In this document: positions 47,407 to 54,520 of the stretch, one piece after another
Layout: each line of letters begins with the position of its first letter
How positions within the stretch are numbered: position 1 is the stretch's first letter
NCBI GenBank assembly: GCA_027488835.1
Contig: JAIYAW010000006.1
Location: 556-64,555 of the forward strand
DNA: 64,000 nucleotides
Origin: Bacteroidota bacterium
GTDB taxonomy: Bacteria; Bacteroidota; Bacteroidia; NS11-12g; UBA955
Reading direction: 5' to 3'
Notes under the pieces: generated by a model
The model's database searches: none
Seen by the model: only the letters and a program-made list of their open reading frames with translations
Told to the model about the DNA's origin: nothing
Made by a program: the position numbers and the translations under genes

Positions 47407-49503
47407 ATGAAAACCATAAAAAGTGTTGTATTATTTTTAGTTTGTTTCGGTGTTTTAGGAAATGTAAAATCTCAAATCACAACCAATGAACCTGTAGTTT
47501 TTACAATTAATGGAAAACAAAAAGTATTTTTAGGTGAATTCGAACGTCAATTCTTGAAAAATTTGAACTTGAATGAAAAGAAAGTTACTTCAAAAGACAT
47601 TGATGATTATTTAAAGCTTTACGTAAAGTTTAAATTGAAAATACAAGATGCATCTGATGCCGGAAAAGATACTGCTGAAGCCTATCAACAAGAATTAGCA
47701 ATGTATCGCGAGCAATTGTCTAGAAACTATTTGTACGACAGGGCTGTAACTCAAGGTTTAATTGAAGAAGCATATGAGAGATTGCAATCTGAAATTAAGG
47801 TTTCACATATCTTAATTATGTGTAACCGCGATGCTTCTGAGTCTGATGTAGCAAAAGCATCTAAAAGAATCAATGAAGTATATGCATCTTTAAAACGCAA
47901 TCCAAGTGCAGATAATTTTGCCGAATATGCAAAAACTGATTCTGAAGATCCAGGAACAAAAAATTCAGGTGGAAGTTTGGGATATATGACTGCTTTACAA
48001 GTTGTATACGAATTTGAAAACCAAGCATACAGAACGCCAATTGGTCAAATTTCGGAACCATTTAGAACAGATTTTGGATTTCATATTGTTCGTGTTGAAG
48101 AAAAACGTAAAAACAGAGGGGACATTAAAGTTAAGCATATTTTAATTCGTGTTGGAACCAACGCTGAAAATACAGATGAAGCATCTAAAAAGAAAGTTGA
48201 TGAAATTTATTCCAAGTTGAAATCAGGTGAAGAGAAATTTGATGTTATGGCAAGGGCTTATAGTGAAGATTATAGCAGCAAATACAATGGTGGAGAAATG
48301 GAATATGTCAATAATACGCAATATGTGGGTGACATTGATCGTCAAAATTGGATTGATAAAGCTTATGAATTACCAAATATCGGTGACATGACAGCTCCTT
48401 TCAGATCTAGCTTTGGTTGGCATATTTTACAAAAAGTTGGCATTAAGCCAATTGGTTCTTTTGATCAAATGAAAAATACACTAAAAAACCAAGTACAACA
48501 AAATCAGCGATCTCAAATTTCAGTAGATGCTTTGGTTGAAAAGGTTAAAAAAGAAGAAAATTATAAATTGAATAAAGAGGCATTTGATTTCTTGGTTAAA
48601 TCTTTAGATACAAACTTTTTAAATGGTAACTTTAAGGTTGAAATGTTACCAGCTAAATTTACCAAAATCAAAGATCTATCTGCTAAGAAAAAAGAAACAA
48701 TTTCTTTTGATTTTCGTAAAATGGAATTATTCAATTTTGCTGGTGAATCATACGCAATTGAAGATTTAGCAATGCGTCTAAATAGCAATAAAAAAATAAC
48801 TTCTTCAGTGAGAGAAGCTGTTGAATCTAAATTAAACAATTGGGTAAAAGACATAGCAGTTAATTACCAAAATGACCACTTAGAAGAGAAATCTGTTGAG
48901 TTTAGAGATATCTATCAAGAATACCGCGAAGGTATTTTGATGTTCAATAGAATGCAAGAAAAGGTATGGGATAAAGCAAATAATGATTCTGTAGGACTTG
49001 CAAATTTCTTCAATCAGCACAAAAATGAATATACCTGGGGTGATAGATTTAGTGTAGAAGTATATTATTGTTCTTCTGAGAAAATGTCAAAACAAGTGAT
49101 GAAAGAGGCTAAAAAAGGCATTTCAGCCGACAGTATGAAGAAAATTCATACCAAAGTGAAACAACTTGATTTCGATTATCGTATTGGAAAATATCAAGCT
49201 ACAGATACTTATTTATTTCCACAGCCGGATGTTTTGAATAAAATATTTGCTACTCCTGAATATAAAACTGCTAAAAATAAAATATTCAAATTGGGTCAAT
49301 TTCAAAATGATTTTGTTGTAGTTAAAGTAAATGAATTTTTACCTGCTGGTCCTAAATTGTTAGATGAAACTAGGGGTCCTGTTGCTTCTAAATACCAAGA
49401 GGAATTAGAAATCCAATGGTTGAAAGAATTGGAAAGCAAATACAACGTTTCGATTGATGAAGCCGTAATTTCTGCTTTCAAACAAAAAATTGGTGCACAA
49501 TAA
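47407..49503 (+). CDS. Periplasmic parvulin-type peptidyl-prolyl isomerase (SurA/PpiD-like)
   Basis: Signal peptide and two parvulin domains (VSHILI...GGSLGYM...FGFHIVRV; VKHILI...GGEMEYV...FGWHILQK). 698 aa. Confidence 0.85.
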   Translation: MKTIKSVVLFLVCFGVLGNVKSQITTNEPVVFTINGKQKVFLGEFERQFLKNLNLNEKKVTSKDIDDYLKLYVKFKLKIQDASDAGKDTAEAYQQELAMYREQLSRNYLYDRAVTQGLIEEAYERLQSEIKVSHILIMCNRDASESDVAKASKRINEVYASLKRNPSADNFAEYAKTDSEDPGTKNSGGSLGYMTALQVVYEFENQAYRTPIGQISEPFRTDFGFHIVRVEEKRKNRGDIKVKHILIRVGTNAENTDEASKKKVDEIYSKLKSGEEKFDVMARAYSEDYSSKYNGGEMEYVNNTQYVGDIDRQNWIDKAYELPNIGDMTAPFRSSFGWHILQKVGIKPIGSFDQMKNTLKNQVQQNQRSQISVDALVEKVKKEENYKLNKEAFDFLVKSLDTNFLNGNFKVEMLPAKFTKIKDLSAKKKETISFDFRKMELFNFAGESYAIEDLAMRLNSNKKITSSVREAVESKLNNWVKDIAVNYQNDHLEEKSVEFRDIYQEYREGILMFNRMQEKVWDKANNDSVGLANFFNQHKNEYTWGDRFSVEVYYCSSEKMSKQVMKEAKKGISADSMKKIHTKVKQLDFDYRIGKYQATDTYLFPQPDVLNKIFATPEYKTAKNKIFKLGQFQNDFVVVKVNEFLPAGPKLLDETRGPVASKYQEELEIQWLKELESKYNVSIDEAVISAFKQKIGAQ

Positions 49504-50884
49504 TTTGAAACTTGTGGTTCATTTAAGCAGATTTATCCTTGTATTTTTCTTACTTTCCTTTTGGGGGGATTCATCTGCGCAACAAGGTCCAAATTTGCCT
49601 CCAAAATATGTAGATGGCATTATGGCAGTGATTGGTGAGAAAATTATTCGCAGAAGTGATTTTGAAACTGAAAAAATGGACATGGCCAGGGGCCAAATCT
49701 TAAAGGATTCACATCTGCTTTATTGTTTGCTTTTTGAAAAACTGATCATCCAAAAATTAATGTTAAATCAAGCTGAAATTGACAGTTTGCCAGTTACAAA
49801 TGATAGAATTGAATCTGATATTGACAATAGAATCCGTTACTTTCAGCGTCAAGTGGGTAGTATCGCAGAGTTAGAGAAATATATTGGAAAATCAATTCAA
49901 GAATACAAAGATGAAATTAGACCCAAAATTCGAGAGCAGCTCATGGCTCAAGAAATGAGGAATAAAATTACTTCTCCAGTTCGAATTAGTCCCAAAGAAG
50001 TTCAGCAATACTACGACAATATCCCTCAAGATAGTTTGCCATTGGTAGCGACTGAGGTTGAAGTTGCGCAACTAATTTTAGAATTGCCCTACTCAGCACT
50101 TGCCCAAGATTTTGCAAAATCACAATTAGAAGATTTAAAGGCAAGGATATTAAATGGTGAGAGTTTTGATAAATTGGCGAGGGCATATTCAATGGATCCC
50201 GGTTCGAAAAACAACAATGGTTTGTTGCCTGAATTTGGAAGGGGTGAAATGGTGGGACAATTTGAAAGAATGGCTTTTAAATTGAAAGAAGATAGTATAA
50301 GTCCTGTATTTCAAACCGATTACGGATACCACATTATGAAGCTCATTAAGCGTAAAGGTGAGAGAATCATTGCCCAGCATATTTTAATTAGACCGGAGAA
50401 TACCAGTGATGACTATTCTAAAGCTTCAAAATTGACAGATAGTATTTACAATGTTTTGGTATCTGGAAAATTGGATTGGTGTACTGCTGTTAAATCTCAT
50501 GCAAGTGAGCAAATGGGTAACAAGGGGTATTGCGGATTTTTAACCGATGAAGCAACAGGTTTACAAAAAACTGAATTTGAAACCTTGCCAACTGATGTAA
50601 AGCAAGTGGTTGAAAAAATGAAACCAGGTAATTTTTCAGAACCTAAAATTACTATGTTACCTGATGGGAGAGCGGTTTATAGAATCGTTTATTTGAAATC
50701 GTTTATTGCTCCGCATCAAGCCAATTTGATTCAAGATTATAGCCGAATTCAAATGGCGGCTGAAGCTAAGAAAAAGCAAAATGCAATTGATAAATGGGTT
50801 GCAAAATATAAAGGCAAAACCTATATCAAAATTAAAACCAGAGAATTTTATTGCGACAACATTAAAAAGTGGGTAAATGAGTAA
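49490..50884 (+). CDS. Periplasmic SurA-like chaperone / parvulin PPIase
   Basis: No ATG at the 5' end. Candidate starts are TTG 49490, GTG 49493 or TTG 49505 (the last gives MKLVVHLSRFILVFFLL... after the upstream stop). SurA N-domain plus parvulin (FQTDYGYHIMKL). Confidence 0.8.
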   Translation: MVHNNLKLVVHLSRFILVFFLLSFWGDSSAQQGPNLPPKYVDGIMAVIGEKIIRRSDFETEKMDMARGQILKDSHLLYCLLFEKLIIQKLMLNQAEIDSLPVTNDRIESDIDNRIRYFQRQVGSIAELEKYIGKSIQEYKDEIRPKIREQLMAQEMRNKITSPVRISPKEVQQYYDNIPQDSLPLVATEVEVAQLILELPYSALAQDFAKSQLEDLKARILNGESFDKLARAYSMDPGSKNNNGLLPEFGRGEMVGQFERMAFKLKEDSISPVFQTDYGYHIMKLIKRKGERIIAQHILIRPENTSDDYSKASKLTDSIYNVLVSGKLDWCTAVKSHASEQMGNKGYCGFLTDEATGLQKTEFETLPTDVKQVVEKMKPGNFSEPKITMLPDGRAVYRIVYLKSFIAPHQANLIQDYSRIQMAAEAKKKQNAIDKWVAKYKGKTYIKIKTREFYCDNIKKWVNE

Positions 50885-51839
50885 TCAAGATACTGCAGAT
50901 TTGGCTTCTCAATTTGGAGCCAAAGTAAAACAACTTAAATCTGAAGTCGGAAAAGTTATTGTTGGTCAAGATGACGTGATCACTGCGTTGGTAAATGCAA
51001 TTTTTTGTCATGGCCATGTATTGATGGTGGGTGTTCCCGGTTTGGCAAAAACATTGTTGGTGAAAACATTGTCTCAAGCAATGTCGTTAGATTTTAATCG
51101 CATTCAATTTACACCAGATTTAATGCCTAGTGATATCATTGGTTCTGAAATATTAGACGAAAACAGACAATTTAGATTTATAAAAGGCCCTGTTTTTGCC
51201 AATCTTTTATTGGCCGACGAAATAAATAGAACACCACCGAAAACACAGAGTGCTCTGCTAGAAGCCATGCAAGAACGTCAAGTTACAGCTGGTGGAAGTA
51301 TTTATCATTTAGCAGAACCATTCTTTGTTTTGGCTACCCAAAATCCAATTGAACAAGAAGGTACTTACCCATTGCCAGAAGCCCAACTTGACCGTTTTAT
51401 GTATCAAGTTGTTTTGGATTATCCGAATTTCAATGATGAAGTTCAAATTCTAAAACAAACCACTGCTGGTAGTTCTGAAAAAGCATCTGCAGTATTGTCT
51501 GCCAAAGAAATTATGGATTATCAAAATATTGTGAGACAGGTTCCTGTTACGAACAATGTATTTGAATATGTGGTGGCATTGGTTCAGAAAACACGTCCTA
51601 ATACACCAGGAGCTCACCTTATGGCAAATAAGTATCTTTCTTATGGCGCAGGACCAAGAGCTGGGCAAAATTTGATTCTAGGTGCGAAATGCAATGCTTT
51701 AATGAATGGAAAGTTTTCTGTAGACATTGAAGATGTGCATGCTGTAATGAATTGGGTGCTTTCTCATAGAATTGTTCGCAATTTTAAAGCTGAAGCTGAG
51801 GGTATTTCCAATGCCCAAATTCTAAGTAATTTCATCTAA
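50877..51839 (+). CDS. MoxR-family AAA+ ATPase
   Basis: Walker A GVPGLAKT, Walker B LLADEINRTPPKTQSALLEAMQE and QNPIEQEGTYPLPEAQLDRF. The start overlaps the upstream stop by 8 nt. Confidence 0.92.
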   Translation: MSNQDTADLASQFGAKVKQLKSEVGKVIVGQDDVITALVNAIFCHGHVLMVGVPGLAKTLLVKTLSQAMSLDFNRIQFTPDLMPSDIIGSEILDENRQFRFIKGPVFANLLLADEINRTPPKTQSALLEAMQERQVTAGGSIYHLAEPFFVLATQNPIEQEGTYPLPEAQLDRFMYQVVLDYPNFNDEVQILKQTTAGSSEKASAVLSAKEIMDYQNIVRQVPVTNNVFEYVVALVQKTRPNTPGAHLMANKYLSYGAGPRAGQNLILGAKCNALMNGKFSVDIEDVHAVMNWVLSHRIVRNFKAEAEGISNAQILSNFI

Positions 51840-51847
51840 TTTATTTT

Positions 51848-52468
51848 ATGAAAAAAGTAGAACGCGTTCAATTTATTCTTGATACGCTTGAAAATTTATA
51901 TCCTGAAGTTCCAATTCCCTTGGATCATACAGATGCATATACCTTGCTAATTGCTGTCTTGTTGAGTGCCCAATGCACCGACAAAAGAGTGAATTTAATT
52001 ACCCCTTCATTGTTTGCAAAGGCCAACAATCCCTCAGAAATGGTGAAATTAACCATTGAAGAAATTCGTGAAATTATTAAACCATGTGGTTTGTCGCCTT
52101 TTAAAAGTAAAGCCATATTTAATTTAAGTCAAATTATTCTTGAAAAGCACAATGGACAAGTTCCTGAAACTTTTGAAGAGTTGGAAGCATTGCCGGGGGT
52201 AGGACATAAAACTGCAAGCGTGGTTATGTCGCAAGCTTTTGGTGTTCCCGCGTTTCCTGTTGATACCCATATTCATCGTTTGGCGGTAAGATGGAAGTTG
52301 TCAAATGGTAAAAACGTAGAACAAACTGAAAAGGATTTAAAACGATTAACTCCAATAGATTTGTGGAATAAAATACATTTGCAAATTATATTTTATGGCC
52401 GAGAATACTGTCCAGCAAGAGGTCATGTTGTTGAAAATTGCCCAATTTGCAAGGCAATTCAATTATAA
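51848..52468 (+). CDS. nth: Endonuclease III-family DNA glycosylase/lyase
   Basis: HhH-GPD (LPGVGHKTASVV with the catalytic Lys, VDTHIHR with the catalytic Asp). The C-terminal Cys cluster is C-X9-C-X2-C then stop (see findings). Confidence 0.88.
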   Translation: MKKVERVQFILDTLENLYPEVPIPLDHTDAYTLLIAVLLSAQCTDKRVNLITPSLFAKANNPSEMVKLTIEEIREIIKPCGLSPFKSKAIFNLSQIILEKHNGQVPETFEELEALPGVGHKTASVVMSQAFGVPAFPVDTHIHRLAVRWKLSNGKNVEQTEKDLKRLTPIDLWNKIHLQIIFYGREYCPARGHVVENCPICKAIQL

Positions 52469-53410
52469 AAATTGATAAATTTCAGTTTCTGAAATTTCAA
52501 TAAAACTTTTCTTGAATGTAGCCACGGAAATTGGTTTCGAAAGGCAGGATAAACATTCCGAAATATAACATTTTTCACTCTGTTCATCAATAAGTTGCAT
52601 TTCTAAAACTTCTCCTTTATCAACGAACATATACAATTGATATTTTTTTTCATTGAGGGACACTAACCTTCGGTGAATATATTTGGGTGAGTAACCTAAA
52701 ATCCATTCTTCTAACTCAAACTTTTCTTTCTTTATTTGATCAATGCGCTTTGTCTCATTGTCTGAAATAAATTGTGCTGCACCGAATGATGTGCTCAACT
52801 CATTAATCAGCTTCACTAAGAAATCTTGGGTCTCTCCAAAGTTGTGGTAGTCTTTGATGTTGGTTACAACACTCCTTACGCTTTTAACTGCTTTGTCTTT
52901 ATATTGGCCTTCAGAATGCAATGCATTAGACAAGTTGGTTAATTGGCAATTGTATAAAAGGGTTCCATGATGCAAAACGCGTTTCTTTTGTTGGAAAATA
53001 TGTTGTGCATTGCCACTTATTTTTTTCCCATCTAATAGTAAATCGTCTCGATGGCTGTAAGTTGTTTCAATGCCTAATGAAGAAAGTGCGCTGCGAATGG
53101 GTTCAAGGAATTGTTTGTAATTTACGGCCTTGTCCATTTCGGTTTCGATGTTTTTGATGAATGTGAAATTGATATTTCCCATGTCATGAAAAACGGTTCC
53201 GCCACCTGATAACCGCCGTGCAGGCAATATGTTATTTTCTTTACAGAATTTATAATTGATTTCGGCACAAATATTTTGATGCTTTCCGGAAACTACGGCG
53301 CTTTCACTTTGCCAAATAAGCAAAATATTTTCGTCGGTTTGTTGTAAAAAGAATGCTTCTGCAGCGAGATGGAAATACGGACAAAGACTGCGTGAAACAA
53401 TCAATCTCAT
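52463..53410 (-). CDS. Lipoate--protein ligase family protein
   Basis: BPL/LplA/LipB fold: [12 protein letters not shown] and GKKISGNAQ (the lipoyl-AMP lysine region). ATGA overlap with the lptB stop. Confidence 0.8.
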   Translation of the reverse strand: MRLIVSRSLCPYFHLAAEAFFLQQTDENILLIWQSESAVVSGKHQNICAEINYKFCKENNILPARRLSGGGTVFHDMGNINFTFIKNIETEMDKAVNYKQFLEPIRSALSSLGIETTYSHRDDLLLDGKKISGNAQHIFQQKKRVLHHGTLLYNCQLTNLSNALHSEGQYKDKAVKSVRSVVTNIKDYHNFGETQDFLVKLINELSTSFGAAQFISDNETKRIDQIKKEKFELEEWILGYSPKYIHRRLVSLNEKKYQLYMFVDKGEVLEMQLIDEQSEKCYISECLSCLSKPISVATFKKSFIEISETEIYQFL

Positions 53411-54159
53411 TCTGAAATTTCTTGTTTTGGTGATTTGCGTCGCAATTCAAAGTTTTGACCTAAGTAAACTTTACGCACCAATTCGTCATTTGCAAGTTCC
53501 TCGGCATTTCCTTGCTTGAGTAATTTTCCTTCAAAAAGCAGATAAGCCCTATCGGTGATACTTAAAGTTTCTTGTACATTGTGATCGGTGATTAAAATGC
53601 CAATATTGCGATCTTTTAGCTTCGCTACGATACTTTGGATATCTTCAACTGCAATTGGATCAACTCCCGCAAATGGCTCGTCTAAAAGAATAAAATGAGG
53701 ATCGGTTGCCAAGGCGCGTGCAATTTCTGTCCTTCGGCGTTCACCACCGCTTAATACTTTCCCTAAATTGGTTCTTACTCTACCTAAGCTAAATTCTTCA
53801 ATGAGGGTTTCTAATTTTTCTTCTTGTTGAATTTTTGTCAATTTGGTCATTTCAAGAATGGCCTTGATGTTGTCTTCAACACTAAGATCTCTGAAAACTG
53901 AAGCTTCCTGGGGTAAATAGCCAATTCCAAATTGGGCCCTTTTGTACATAGGCAATTTGGTAATGTCTTTATCATCCAAATAAATTTTCCCTTTATCTGG
54001 TTTCACAAGGCCAACGCACATGTAGAATGTGGTTGTTTTTCCTGCACCGTTTGGTCCTAAAAGACCAACAATTTCTCCTTGGTTTACTTCAACACTTACG
54101 TCATTCACAACTTTTTTGGAGCCGTATTGTTTAATTAAGTTTTCGGAGCGAAGGCGCAT
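53407..54159 (-). CDS. lptB: LPS export ABC transporter ATP-binding protein LptB
   Basis: Walker [10 protein letters not shown], signature LSGGERRR, Walker [13 protein letters not shown]. 250 aa stand-alone NBD. Confidence 0.9.
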   Translation of the reverse strand: MRLRSENLIKQYGSKKVVNDVSVEVNQGEIVGLLGPNGAGKTTTFYMCVGLVKPDKGKIYLDDKDITKLPMYKRAQFGIGYLPQEASVFRDLSVEDNIKAILEMTKLTKIQQEEKLETLIEEFSLGRVRTNLGKVLSGGERRRTEIARALATDPHFILLDEPFAGVDPIAVEDIQSIVAKLKDRNIGILITDHNVQETLSITDRAYLLFEGKLLKQGNAEELANDELVRKVYLGQNFELRRKSPKQEISE

Positions 54160-54163
54160 GGTG

Positions 54164-54171
54164 CAAAGATA
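54164..54171 (-). promoter_or_regulatory. -7 box TATCTTTG for lptB, 4 nt (CACC) before ATG 54159
   Basis: Exact TAnnTTTG. The 12-mer TATCTTTGCACC is identical to the one at the SRP RNA promoter. Confidence 0.5.
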
Positions 54172-54224
54172 ATGAAATGAACACGATTTTTTGAATTTCG
54201 ATTGATGGTCTAAGGAAAAGGCAG

Positions 54225-54232
54225 TATCTTTG
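54225..54232 (+). promoter_or_regulatory. -7 box TATCTTTG for SRP RNA, 4 nt (CACC) before G54237
   Basis: Exact TAnnTTTG. The first base of the RNA's terminal helix lies 5 nt after the box. Confidence 0.6.
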
Positions 54233-54236
54233 CACC

Positions 54237-54320
54237 GGCGGTACGGTCAGCTCCTCATGAATCCCCCCAGGTCCGGAAGGAAGCAAGGGCAGTGGGTTGT
54301 AGCGACGCGATACCGCCTTT
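54237..54320 (+). ncRNA. ffs: Signal recognition particle RNA (small bacterial 4.5S type)
   Basis: Conserved domain IV core CAGGUCCGGAAGGAAGCA. The 5' GGCGGUA pairs with the 3' UACCGCC (54311-54317), followed by a T7 run. Own TAnnTTTG box 4 nt upstream. Ends approximate. Confidence 0.85.
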
Positions 54321-54470
54321 TTTTATGGTCAATATTTCTAATTGATTTATAAATCCGATTATTATTCTCTAATTGGTTCGGGAAAAATATTTACTCGTGG
54401 AGTTAATATTATAAAATTTCGCAGTCGGAGTTTGCCCATATTCTATATTATTTAATTTAAAAACGCCATA

Positions 54471-54497
54471 AAAAAAGGTGCGTTTTCACGCACCTTT
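54471..54497 (-). terminator. Rho-independent terminator of the DEAD-box helicase gene
   Basis: On the minus strand: stem GGTGCG/CGCACC, 6-nt loop, followed by a T-run (plus-strand A6 at 54471-54476). Confidence 0.75.
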
Positions 54498-54520
54498 GGA
54501 ATATCAGATTCTGCTATTTA

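Noticed and set aside
50877-51839. MoxR ATPase as part of a Bat-type aerotolerance operon.
   Set aside because: No DUF58, VWA (BatA/BatB) or TPR Bat genes follow it; the next gene is nth. Only the unusual adjacency is reported.
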